A stretch of DNA of 43,847 bases from Octopus bimaculoides (GCF_001194135.2 NC_068985.1:41457823-41501669); one strand, 5' to 3'. Shown: positions 22,058-34,679, counted from the first letter of the stretch. The notes: generated from the letters alone by a model not told the origin. Translations and numbers: made by a program.

Positions 22058-22217
22058 GACCGAAACAATTGTGTGTTCATTTCTCTCTTATTTCCATCTG
22101 TGATTTTATTTTTGATCTTCTATATAAATGAGGATATTTCCTCCGACTGGGGCTGCTTTTCTTTCTACAGAACGAGAAGTTATATTGCAGAACTGTTATT
22201 TTAACGAGTTGTATCTA

Positions 22218-22333
22218 TTTATCAGCCGACGAGATACATCTGCACCGCCAGACGCTTTTGAACCAGTTGTTGAGTGCCCCACCCACGAGGGATCGATGCT
22301 AGATGTGTCGAAACAATTGTTGTGATTAATAAA
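22218..22333 (+). ncRNA. Type I hammerhead with 77-nt helix II, two point lesions
   Basis: AUCAG-CCGACGA-GAUACAUCU..AGAUGUGUC-GAAA-CAAUUG-UU-GUGAU, then AATAAA; 9-bp basal helix II; U4C change in the core and a G-G mismatch at the helix I base. Confidence 0.65.
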
Positions 22334-22639
22334 TTCTCGTATATTCCATCTTCTGTCTTTCATTTGCCTGGAAATGCTCTCTATGTGGTCTGTCTGTTTT
22401 CCTATGTGTTCCTACCGTTGTCCGAAAAAAGTTTGTTTTCGTGCTTTGTTTATATTTTCGTTTTTCATTTTGTCCACGTTTTTTTTGTGACGTCCTGTAC
22501 CCAGATATACATCTATATATATATGTAGATGTAGGTATGTACATACATGTACGTATATATGCATATACTCACATACTATTTGTATTATATATATATATAT
22601 ATATATAACGATAATTCTAAATATATATGTGCCAATAGT

Positions 22640-23010
22640 TCCTTCTTTTCAGAAGAGTGCTATACTTTCGTTGGACCTTGCTCGACCATGTTCACGCTGG
22701 TGACCCTACTGTCTTGCTTCCGTTCTGCAAGCACGTTCACAAATGCAACACTTAAGCTGTTTTTCTCCTGGTGTTACTGGCTGAGTTGTGATTTCTCACT
22801 TGCAAATTTAGCGACAGTCATTACAAATGTGCCACGGGGGACACTGAAGCAGAACCATCTTGCGAACTGCTTAATTTCTCCACGGTTAATGTAAGTTTAG
22901 GTGGTTGATTAATCCAGCACTTAAGAGAAAGAATCGTCTACACACATTGTTTGATTCCGGCTGGATTTCTGTGTGTGTGAGTGTGTATGAGGACTTCGCA
23001 AAAGTCCATT
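22640..23010 (-). pseudogene. Tandem C2H2-like zinc-finger remnants, probably the C-terminus of an RTE-like LINE
   Basis: One frame with stops: NVCRRFFLLSAGLINHLNLH, ICNDC, GEKQLKCCICERACRTEARQ*GHQREH. Confidence 0.5.
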
Positions 23011-23725
23011 AAACTCCAACCAAGCATAAAATGAAAATGAGATAAGGAAAAATATTGAAAACATCTCAAAAGATATGACAAGTACATGGGTGAAAATCAT
23101 TGGAGAATTATCGTACATTTCCTGTCTAATCATCCAGACAACACTTAGGAAAATTATAGTGCGATAAGTCTAAATACAAGATGTGACATCAGGACTTTGT
23201 AGAAAAGTATGAAATTCGAGAGAGGAACAAATGAGGCTTAGAAAATTATTAGGTATGGAAACTTAACACGAGTTACGCATAAACTACTAATCTACCATTA
23301 TCAGCAGCCATATCACCTTCATATCATGAGCCACAGAAGGAACCTCTGCGTAATCGATTTACCTGGTAGCCATAGTAGCCTTATCTCCCTCAAATCACAT
23401 CATTCATTCATTAAAAACTGTAAAAACGCAAATACGCATTGAATAGCCTATTTAGATAATGATGTAGGAATTAGGGTTTTACACCCTTTCCCTAAGAATT
23501 CAATTTCAGCAATAATTTGATACACGGGAATTGCTATATACCTTGTTTCTCCGAGGGTAATGAGTATCAAGTTGAAAGTAGTGGAATTGGGGTAGTGGAA
23601 TTATCAATTCCTCATTTATGATTCATAAATGTCATCCTTTTTTGGTCTATGTGTTTGTATGTATGTATGTATGTATGTATGTATGTGTGTATGTATGTAT
23701 GTATGTATGTATGTATGTATGTATA

Positions 23726-24546
23726 CGTGGTCTGATCAATAAGTATCCGGACCATTGCCATAGTAACTAAGCTAAAACACGCAGAGTAAAGCCGCTTGGC
23801 ACAGATTGACCTTGTTCTCTGCTGTGCATGTGTACTAAGTTTTAACGCTCTATCTCATTTCCGCTGTTTACAGCAGTGCTTGGAAGTAACGTGTGTAATG
23901 TGTGATCGTCGCATTGACCATGACGGAGAAAGTTAAGTAGAGAATCTGCATCAAAAGCTTGGTGCTACCTGAACAGGGGCCTTCGCAAAGTTTTCAAAAA
24001 GTTTTTATCGCTCTCGACACAATCAAGGAAATCTTGTGCAACTGAAAGCCGAATGTCCTTTTGATCAGCTGAAAGCAGTTTTGGCACAAACTTGGTAGAC
24101 ACACTTCTCATACTCAAATCTTCAATGATAATGGACTGAACTGAACCGTAACTAATCTGCACATCCTCTGATAACTCACAGATGGTGATTCAACGATTTT
24201 CCCTCACAACTGCACGTACATCTGCGATATTTTGCTAAGTTATTCTGATTGCGGGTCTCTCGGGACGTTCGTCACTATCGACATTTTTTCGGCCATCTTG
24301 GAAACGTCTGAAACACTCGTACACTTGTGCGTGACTCAGACACACCTCTCCATACACTTTCTGCAACATTGCGTAGGCCTCTGAGCAGGTATCACCATGA
24401 CAACTTTTTTTCTGTCATGGTCAATGCGACGATCACACGTTACACACGTTACTTCCAAGCACTGCTGTAAGCAGGGGCGGGTTTACTCTGCATGCTTGAG
24501 CTTCGTTACTATGGCAACAGTCCGGATACTTATTGATCAGATCTCG
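23726..24546. mobile_element. 821-bp mariner derivative built from two inverted 5' ends
   Basis: TA on both sides; both ends read CG.G.TCTGATCAATAAGTATCCGGAC..TTGCCATAGTAAC and both continue into the 5' UTR and start codon. Confidence 0.9.
23975..24418 (-). pseudogene. Mariner transposase N-terminal DNA-binding region
   Basis: DTCSEAYAMLQK, SHAQVYECFRRFQDGR, VRENR*ITI.ELSEDVQISYGSVQSII.EDL, FVPKLLSADQK (WVPHEL-type linker). Confidence 0.9.
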
Positions 24547-24653
24547 TATATGTACGCATGTATGTATGAGTTTGTGGGTATGTATGTGTGTTTATATATG
24601 CATAACTATAAGTGTGTGTGTGTTTGTGAGTTTGTATGTGTATNNNNNNNNNN

Positions 24654-24698
<45 letters not shown>

Positions 24699-24757
24699 TA
24701 TATATATGTATATATATATATAACTATATATTATGTATATATATATGTGTGTGTGTG

Positions 24758-25343
24758 TATCAATTAAATATAAGGATAAAATCTGTATAAGATTTTATCG
24801 AGTAGCCAGCGTCTAAAACCAATTAAGGTAAAAATTAATACTATGTATATAATTTTTTAAAATACATAATTACATTAACGGCTGTTACTATAAGTAAAGC
24901 TACACGCTGGAAAGGGACACTAAAGTCAAACTGCTTTATACACACGCGTCGAAGTCGAGGAGTTGAACAAAGAAAAAAATTCTTTGAAAAAGGTTCAGTT
25001 GCATATCGAAACGATTTCATGATCAGCGCTGTAACACGCTTTCCTCTCGTCAGTGCAAGCTTAACCAGAAACATATAAATATATACACTTATACATACCA
25101 TACGAACACAACGTATCCACCGAGCATATACAAAGGTTCACACTTATACATCCATGAAAGGATTTCTATCTTGTTCGTCTCAGCCACGTGTGCATAACCA
25201 AAATAATTCAGCACTGAATATATTCCGGTTTAATATCTATCAATTAAAGGATAAAATCTATATAATATTTTATCAAGTAGCCAGCGTTTAAAACCAATTA
25301 AGGTAAAAAAAAAAATTAATACTATGTATGTTATTTTCTAAAA
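24758..25343. repeat. Direct repeats of ~100 bp, 480-bp period, enclosing a hammerhead
   Basis: 24758-24860 vs 25238-25343, about 90% identical by eye. Confidence 0.9.
24992..25066 (-). ncRNA. Type I hammerhead ribozyme with intact catalytic core
   Basis: GGUU-AAGC-UUGCA-CUGACGA-(28 nt)-GAAA-UCG-UUU-CGA-UA-UGCAA-CUG-AACC: 5-bp helix I with distal extension, 4-bp helix III, AUA triplet; basal helix II is irregular. Confidence 0.75.
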
Positions 25344-26293
25344 CGTGAGATGAATCCGACATATTCATATTCAAACGCCTCTCAATAATTCTCGAGAGCG
25401 GGGTAAAGGAATGTGGTGTACGGGCACTTTAAGTCTGACGGACAATGAGAGAAGATGGTTGATGTGTCATTCTGTGGTTAATCATATGTTATTCTGGGTA
25501 TTCCAATTTGCTTCTCTGATCTGATAAGATGTATATTTGGTATTATAATGCAAACTTTGATATTTGTTCAAGATGACTCTGCTCTGAGTTCGAATCCCAC
25601 CGAGGTCAACTTTGACTTTCACACCATCGGAATCAATAAATAATGTGCTAGTCCAATGCTGGTGTAGCTCTTATCTCTTTCTCCCTCCTCCTCTCTCTCT
25701 CTCTCTTGTCATATCTTGGATGTTCCTCTGGGAGCTGTGTAAGAAGGTCGAAAGGGTGTTTGCACATTATTCGATGGGCAGCTAAAATGATTAATAAAAG
25801 CTTGGTATCATCCTATATTATCTGTGTGAGGGAGAGAGAGAGACAGAGACAGAAAGAGACGGAAACAGAGACAGAGAGAAAGAGAGAGGGAGAGAGAAAG
25901 AAAGAGAAATAGAGAGAGAAAGAGGGAGAAGGTGGTAGGGGAGCGAGTGTGCGCTCCTTCCTTTCAAGATATCCTAGTTGGATTAGACTTCAACGTAATG
26001 TATATCTAGACACACAGATTACTGGCGAATATTCCTTGTTAAAATGTCAGTAAGGCTGCAAATATAATAGACCGGACATTGTCGTCTTGGACTGACGTAT
26101 TTAAAAACAAACAAAACAAAAAAAAATAAAGCGTTATTGTCGTAAAGATTAGTTGTCTTGTAACATTGACGTACTACCTCATTTCACCTCAACTATTGAA
26201 GATATTGAAAATAATATAACTATATTCACGTCTAAATATTATAAACTGCTGCTAAAGTCTACCAACCGTCGTGTCTATCAGCAATTGGAAGAT

Positions 26294-26668
26294 TATTATT
26301 ACCTCTGCCTTAGCGAAGGCGGAGGTATTGTTTTCAGTCGTGTTTGTTTGTTTGTTTGTCCGTGGGTAAGATATCTCAAGAACCGCTGGATGGATTTGGA
26401 TGAAACTTCAGGGATGTTTAGCATCGTAACTGGCACGAACTGATTAGATTTTGGGATCGATCCAGGACCGGACAAGGATTCTGGATTATTTTATCTTTTT
26501 TTTTTTACTTAGTTTTTGAGAGAGGTCGGGTTCACTTTTAGTATTCTCGTTTGTGAGAGCAGTCGAGTTAATTTCAGATATTCTCATTTTAAAAATCCTC
26601 TCCGGCTAATCGTTGAGAGGACGTTGGCGTTACCATGACGGAGGTTTACGCTCTCTGAGTGCTCTTGT
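26294..26668 (+). mobile_element. Helentron-associated non-autonomous element (HINE/DINE-1-like)
   Basis: 5' ACCTCTGCC..GGCGGAGGT hairpin, (GTTT)n microsatellite, 3' subterminal GACGGAGGT and 3' stem-loop CGCTC-TCT-GAGTG. Confidence 0.85.
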
Positions 26669-26699
26669 TTACTAATCTATTTGATTTGAATACCCTCAG

Positions 26700-26939
26700 C
26701 AATAAACTAATTTCTTTATTGCCCACAAGGGGCTAAACATAGAGGGGACAAACAAGGACAGACAAAGGGATTAAGTCGATTACATCGACCCCAGTGCGTA
26801 ACTGGTCCTTAATTTATCGACCCCGAAAGGATGAAAGGCAAAGTCGACCTCGGCGGAATTTGAACTCAGAACGTAACGGCAGACGAAATACCGCTAAGCA
26901 TTTCGCCCGGCGTGCTTACGTTTCTGCCAGATCGCCGCC
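26700..26939 (-). mobile_element. SINE family A, young full-length copy with an alternative 3' tail
   Basis: Body essentially identical to 11760-11880; tail reads TTTGTCCCCTCTATGTTTAGCCCCTTGTGGGCAATAAAGAAAT. Confidence 0.92.
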
Positions 26940-26974
26940 TTCTATTTTTGTCAGTTTCTATTAAAGAATCTTTT

Positions 26975-27219
26975 ATCTTTTATCTCTGAGTTTTTTTCAG
27001 TCATTTTGACTGCGGCCATGCCGGGACACCGCCTTGAAGGGCTTTAGTCGAACAAATAGACCCTAGGACTTTTTTCTTTCAGCTTAGTACTTATTCTATC
27101 GGTCTCTTATGCCGAGCTGCTAAGTTACGGGGACGTAAACACAGCAACACTTATTGTCAAGCGGTGGTGGGGGACAAACACAACGACAAACATACACTTA
27201 CACACACACACACACACAA

Positions 27220-27257
<38 letters not shown>

Positions 27258-27625
27258 GTGCGTGCGTGTGTGTGCATGTGTGTGTGCGTCTGTGTGTAGA
27301 CATATATATATATATATATANNNNNNNNNNATTTGGACTTTGGGTATATGTCTATTAGTATGTTGGTTAAAACACATTCATCGTTTGGGCTACCTGATGT
27401 CGTCCACAGTAACGATATAATTTTCACTGGATCTACGTCAGGAAATCTGCAGTGTTTATATTTATACGACGGACTTCTTTCAGTTTCCGTCTACCAAATC
27501 CATTCACAAGGCTTTCGTTAGCTCGAGGCTATAGTAGAAGACACTTGCCCAAGGTGCCACGCAGGGGACCGAACCCGAAACCATGTGGTTGGAAAGCAAA
27601 CTTCTTACCACACAGCCACTATTTT
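26975..27625 (-). mobile_element. SINE family C with an expanded internal microsatellite
   Basis: Tail 26975-27185 and head 27465-27625 both on the minus strand, flanking CA/TG/TA runs. Confidence 0.85.
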
Positions 27626-28530
27626 CTTTCCCTTTTTTTTTGTACTGGTCTAAGAGGAACCATGTTTCAAATACATGTATAACACATTTTCTACACACGA
27701 GTTACTTTATGATAATTCAGGCACGAATATACATTTGTACGACTGTACCTCTGTCTTGCTCTTTCGTATATACGCTTACTGTTGCTTTATATTTCTTTGA
27801 ACTCTATATCACTTTCAGTAATAATTATATCACCAGTTGGACCAAAAGGAAGGGTCTATAGACAGCAGGTGCAGAATGTGGAAAATAAAAGAACTACACA
27901 CTTGTACATATATAAGCTCAGTCACTGCTTTTCTTATCTACTCTATTCAGCTATTCAATATTCATTTTCTAAATACATTTATTTATATATTTGGAGAACA
28001 GCTTTTTCTTCCAAACATATAACATTCAAGGCATGACTGTGTTCTAATTAAATCTTTTTCATATTTAGTTTAATATAATAACATTCTTTAAGTCCATTCA
28101 TATTTCGAGACTTTCTCGGCGCCATTTTGTGAATAGGAAGACGGTATGGCGTGTTGTTGCGGCTGTTTGTAGTAGGCAGCAAGGGATCATGGGAATAATG
28201 TCGTAATACAGATATAATGTTTCTACGTATAACGTCTATACACTTGAGAGTGCCCAAGCTTCAGAGCAACATTTATTGTTAAATCTGAAGGGGACTATGA
28301 GGATATTAGTGGTTGGAATAAATATTTCGCAGATATAACGAGAATATAGTTTCCTGTAAAAGTTTTGCATGATGGAAGAGAATTCAAAATTTAGAGGGAT
28401 TATATATAAATGTATCAGAATAGCTTAATTACAATGACTGACAAGTGGAAAAGAATTTAAGTTACATATATTATAACCATACTTGTTTTATCTTTTGATG
28501 TTTCTAGCGTAAATGTGTACATAAAATCAC

Positions 28531-28606
<76 letters not shown>
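28531..28606. repeat. (TG)14-CGCG-(CA)22 palindromic microsatellite
   Basis: Direct reading. Confidence 0.95.
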
Positions 28607-28612
<6 letters not shown>

Positions 28613-29437
28613 TCGTCTTCGTCATCGGGTGATAGAGTGGCCAGTATGAGAAAGCTATTAGCTTTATAAATGCCAGCATTGCTACAGATACACTTTCAGC
28701 ATGAAAATTGCAGCAGACCACCATATAACTTGTTTGGCATTGCGCTTTTATTCTTCACTTCCATTTTATTTTGACATGCACATTGTCTTTTTATTCTTCT
28801 CTTCCGTTTTACGAATTCAGTGAGCACATGCGCATTGTGTGTTCATACTTCTTTTTCCGGTTCCCACCCAAAACTGTTTACAGATCACAGCCATCTCAGG
28901 AACCTGCGTTCCTGAGGAGCACTTCGCGCTCCGATGGTTATGATAATAAGCTGGAATCTTCTGAGACACCAGACAACTAGTCAATGAAACTAATACCAAC
29001 TCTCTGTATAAACTCTACGCACTTCAAAGTCCTCAACCAGCAGACTCAAACATTAACAAATTTAGAAATGGGTTGTAATAATTTTCGGTGACAACAAATA
29101 TTTCGAAAATATTAGGAGAACATTTCTTTATACAAGAATTTGGCAAAGAACTCAATAAATTATAAATGCAAATATCAGAGCGATAATTTATCGATATATA
29201 AAAATAACTTAAACGTAATGAGATGTGGTTGGGGGTATGAAGGTTGACCTACTAAATTATACACAGACATGTTCTGTATGTGTCTTTCTGGGTATGATTC
29301 CTTGATTCTAGCGCAAATTGAAATCACCAGTATCCGCTATCACCACAATTACTAATAGAACAACTAAAACAACTGGCAATATTAGCAACATTGCCAACAA
29401 CAACATTACCTCTACAACAAAATGCAACCGTTACCAA

Positions 29438-29570
29438 GACGACGACGACGACGACGACCACGACGACCACGACGACCACGACCACGACGACCACGACCAC
29501 CACCACAACCACCACAGCCACCACCACCACTACCACAACCACCACCACCACCACCACCAACAACAACAAC
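29438..29570. repeat. Compound (GAC)/(CAC)/(CAA) trinucleotide tract
   Basis: Direct reading; explains the poly-His/Asp/Thr ORFs. Confidence 0.92.
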
Positions 29571-29770
29571 GTTATTACAACTCCATCACCTTCAGATAAC
29601 CTCAGAAACCAGCATCTAGCACTAAACACAATCGTCATTTGTTACTAGGCAGCAGCAAACTCTCCAAACAGATTTGGGAATTGTTTTCAAGTGACAGCTA
29701 GAAATAAATAAATAACTAAATAAATAGTGAGTGAATGAATGAATGAAAAAGTAGAATACTGAGACGTGAT

Positions 29771-29837
<67 letters not shown>

Positions 29838-29838
29838 G

Positions 29839-29876
<38 letters not shown>
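29771..29876. repeat. (GATA)n microsatellite
   Basis: Direct reading. Confidence 0.97.
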
Positions 29877-30387
29877 AGAAAGCGAATGAAAGAAAAGAAT
29901 GAAAAAAAAACGAAAGGAAAAAGAAAAAACAAAAGGAATGTCCGTGTGAGAAAGAGAGACAGACAGACGGAAATATTAGCTCTAACAAAATAATTGATCA
30001 TTATTCGTTTGTCATTCATCGATAACTCGAGTGTTCCATATGAACATAAGAATAAGGATCTATGTCAGTTTCGATTATGAGTACATCAGCTATCCAATCA
30101 ACTAAGCGAACTATTCTTTACATTATTGTGTATGTGCCTGAGAATTCCGCAAATACTCGTATCCTTAACGTAATCTTCAAGTAGAATAAGCATTACACAA
30201 CGTGTGATAAGGCGGGACTTTTGAACAACGGGTATATTCCAGCTGGTAGATTTCCGAACAGGTTGCACCTAACCAGTTTCATAACATTTGGTTCAGAGAA
30301 ACTATGGAATCAATTAGGTGCTGGAACGGACTCGGGCCGTCATTAATGAGAAGCAAACTTTCTTAACCACTTGGTCATGTCTGTGTT

Positions 30388-30424
<37 letters not shown>

Positions 30425-30483
30425 ATACATTCATACATATACAAATATGTGACGGTGCGTGCGTGCGTGCGTGCGTGCGTGCG

Positions 30484-30537
<54 letters not shown>

Positions 30538-30539
<2 letters not shown>

Positions 30540-30785
30540 GGCGCGTGGCTTAGTGGTTAGTGTGCTGCACTCATGATCATAAAATTGTGGTTTCGATCCT
30601 TGGACTTAGCGATGTGTTGTGTTCTTGAGTAAAGCACTTCATTTCCCGTTGCTCAGTAGTTTATTCAGCTGAGAAAAAGAGTAAGCCTGCGACGGACCAG
30701 TAGCCCATCTATGGTGGAAAGGGGAACATATACACCACAGAACCAGGGAAATCGGTCCTATAGCTCGGAGAGGACCATTGATCTT
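30538..30785 (+). mobile_element. SINE family B variant (tRNA head, CORE-like domain, different tail)
   Basis: GGCGCGTGGCTTAGTGGTTAG A-box, GGTTTCGATCC B-box, GTTCTTGAGTAAAGCACTTCATTTC domain as at 700-770. Confidence 0.75.
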
Positions 30786-30821
30786 TTTTTTATACAGTTT
30801 GTTTTATACAGTTTGTTTGTT

Positions 30822-30885
<64 letters not shown>

Positions 30886-31345
30886 TGTTGGTGGATCTCT
30901 GTCATTCGAAGATAAAGTTTCCGTTGTTCAATCAACTAAATATTCTACACAGCGAATTAACATGCAAGTGGCTGAATATTCCACAGACATATGGATGCTC
31001 AACTTAATTCTTAAGCATACTTAGCGTGGCACAAGGCCGAGCCTTTCGAATTGTACCGGTACAATACACCTGACTCATAAGGCATGAATTGAGAAAACGA
31101 ATTTACACAAGGAACCACGCAGTCACCTCAAGGCTGCGAAGAAAACCTATTAACCACTCAGCTACATTGCCCACGCTGTATGTATATGTATGGGTTTATA
31201 TACATGATGGATTCGCTCGTCATGAACGACAAATGAGGGCTCAGTAAAATAAAGCAGTAACCATGTTCTATGGACATCAATGTGTCTCTTGAGGCCTGCT
31301 GGTGCCTTGTAAACTTTTCGGCAAAGGAAAGGAAACAAGTTGAGG

Positions 31346-31390
<45 letters not shown>

Positions 31391-31932
31391 CAAAGAATAT
31401 ATATGCATGTATACACACATATATGTACATACTTACATCTACATGTGTATATAGATGCATATCAGGGTACAGGACGTTAGAAAAATGAACTACAGACAAC
31501 AGAACGAACAAATAGGAAAACAGATAGCCACTTGGAATTATTCCTTCATCAGCTGCCTCTATTCTAACTAGGCATTTCGAAGATAAGGCAGAAGGCACTT
31601 TAGAATAGTCTCTTCCTGAGTAGTGGATCGACCCACTAAACAGAGGATTCCAAGGTGGCAAACACAAATCAAGACAGGAAAAAATGGACAGTGAAAAAAA
31701 AGCCGTACGGCTAAACGCGAATCTGATATTGAACGCTAGTGATATGACGAAGCTAGGCGGAGAAAAAACAGTTCGTCTCGCCCTCATAGTGGCTGGAGTG
31801 AAAAGANNNNNNNNNNNNNNNNNNNNNNNNNNNNNNNNNNNNNNNNNNNNNNNNNNNNNNNNNNNNNNNNNNNNNNNNNNNNNNNNNNNNNNNNNNNNNN
31901 NNNNNNNNNNNNNNNNNNNNNNNNNNNNNNNN

Positions 31933-32330
31933 TACATGGATTTAAATCAATATCAACCACCGAGTGGGACGCCTCTGCAGAGTACCAAACAATCCCGCTC
32001 TCCTTCTAGATTATGTCTTGTCAAAATTTAGGTTTCAAGGACCCACAACTTTTCAATACTTTGCCAAACAACCTCAGAAATATGTGAGATGTAGATGTGG
32101 ATGTTTTTAAAGAAAATTTGGACAAATTTTTACTTGCGATACTGGACGATCCTATAACGTTGCAGGAAACACAATGAAGATCAGCTCTGTGCAATTTGCT
32201 ACTTCACCAGAAACAGTTCCGGAGAGAAAGCCGGTAAATGAATGGGAAATAAAGACCGATCACTCTAAAAGCAGTGCCCCACCATGGCCACAGCTTCTGA
32301 TTTAAGCCAGTTAAATGTAAGTAGAAAAAA
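31933..32330 (+). mobile_element. 3' end of a CR1/L2-like LINE
   Basis: RVGRLCRVP, then GFKDPQLFNTLPNNLRNM*DVDVDVFKENLDKFL (LFN.LP..L..FK..LD.F pattern); 3' UTR ends GCAGTGCCCCACCATGGCCACAG. Confidence 0.75.
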
Positions 32331-32534
32331 AGTCAGACGATGGCTGAGCTGACTGAAACTTCGAAGTCACTGTCATCATTCTTGCTTACGAATAATAAAT
32401 TTGTACTCTACAAAAGTACAGCATAACCCATCAGATTAATGTAAAATTATTATTATAACTGAACAAAATACAATGTATATAAATACACACATACACACAT
32501 ATGCATGCACACACCCACCCACCCACACATGCTT

Positions 32535-32575
<41 letters not shown>

Positions 32576-33151
32576 CACACACACACATACATACATACGT
32601 ACATGCATGCATGCATACATACATACGTACATACATACATACATACATACATACATACATACATACATACATACATAATTGAATTCTATTTTCGCGCCGT
32701 CACTCAGGTGAGTGGGGTTTTTTTTCTTTTTTATATTTATTCTATANNNNNNNNNNNNNNNNNNNNNNNNNNNNNNNNNNNNNNNNNNNNNNNNNNNNNN
32801 NNNNNNNNNNNNNNNNNNNNNNNNNNNNNNNNNNNNNNNNNNNNNNNNNNNNNNNNNNNNNNNNNNNNNNNNNNNNNNNNNNNNNNNNNNNNNNNNNNNN
32901 NNNNNNNNNNNNNNNNNNNNNNNNNNNNNNNNNNNNNNNNNNNNNNNNNNNNNNNNNNNNNNNNNNNNNNNNNNNNNNNNNNNNNNNNNNGTATGTGTGT
33001 GCGTGTATATAGTTATAAATACACACGCACTAAGACAATATGCATACATATACATACACAGACACACACATACAGACATACAAAAACAGTCATTCGGACA
33101 TATTTTTGTAAGAGATGTACGCAAACACATGCATGTGTACGCGGTACATAA

Positions 33152-33197
<46 letters not shown>

Positions 33198-34679
33198 GTA
33201 TGATTGTGGACATATCACTTAGAAGTCATTTCTTTTCTCTTGGCGAAATTGAAATTGTCTTTATACTTTGTTGTCAATTTTCTCCCTTGTCACGTCACAA
33301 ACCCACAAACACCTAGACAGAGATACACATGCACACACATACACGCAAGACTTTTTTTCATGGGGATCTTAACACACACACACATTGAGAAATTGTTCAT
33401 GTCATTATGGCTGCCAACAGCCTCTTTTTGCTTGCAATCATTACGCCTATTTTATCCACCGCACCATATGTGTGTGTGTGTGTGTATATATATATGTANN
33501 NNNNNNNNNNNNNNNNNNNNNNNNNNNNNNNNNNNNNNNNNNNNNNNNNNNNNNNNNNNNNNNNNNNNNNNNNNNNNNNNNNNNNNNNNNNNNNNNNNNN
33601 NNNNNNNNNNNNNNNNNNNNNNNNNNNNNNNNNNNNNNNNNNNNNNNNNNNNNNNNNNNNNNNNNNNNNNNNNNNNNNNNNNNNNNNNNNNNNNNNNNNN
33701 NNNNNNNNNNNNNNNNNNNNNNNNNNNNNNNNNNNNNNNNNNNNNNNNNNNNNNNNNNNNNNNNNNNNNNNNNNNNNNNNNNNNNNNNNNNNNNNNNNNN
33801 NNNNNNNNNNNNNNNNNNNNNNNNNNNNNNNNNNNNNNNNNNNNNNNNNNNNNNNNNNNNNNNNNNNNNNNNNNNNNNNNNNNNNNNNNNNNNNNNNNNN
33901 NNNNNNNNNNNNNNNNNNNNNNNNNNNNNNNNNNNNNNNNNNNNNNNNNNNNNNNNNNNNATATATATATATATACATACACACACATACATACAGCACG
34001 CCTGTATGTATGTATCTGTGAGGGGAGAGGAAGAGGGAAAAAGTGACCGAGAGAGAGTGAGAGAAGAAGTGAGACAGTGTGTGCGTGTGAGAGAATATGT
34101 GAGAGAAAGAGAGATGCTAAACCCCTTCGCCAAAGCAATCGCACTCTGACCCTCTGACCTCGTTTCATTGTGGCCAATGAAAATTTTCTTCCTAACTTTC
34201 TCGTACATCCTGTCCACCATTAAACGCATCGTACAAACACGCAGACACATATAGAGACACAGACATTACCTCACCAGCACACCTGTACGTGTATACACTC
34301 AAAAAACAATACACACACACACACAGTTACCACTCCAAAGTATGGTATGCATATGTATACAATCACAGATGGGCGCACATACACGTACATACCTCGGTAG
34401 TTACGTATGCTCATTCATTTAACATTATATCAACAAAAACAGGCAGGAAATTCACATGCATTCGCTTAGATCTAGTCAGACGTTTAGATTCATACATACA
34501 TACATACATACATACATACATACATACATACATACACACACATGCAAATACATACATCAATACACACACACATTCACAAACACATGTCCATAACATACAT
34601 ACACACACACATGCAAATACATACATCAAATACACACACACATTCACAAACACATGTCCATAACGTCAAAGACTACAAT

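Noticed and set aside
28110-28140. CGCCATTTT (YY1-like) / AAAATGGCG possible gene start
   Set aside because: Single motif, short ORF, no good splice donor, no other promoter evidence.
28820-28935. Three adjacent hairpins including CTCAGGAAC/GTTCCTGAG
   Set aside because: No match to a structured RNA class I can name; may be chance.
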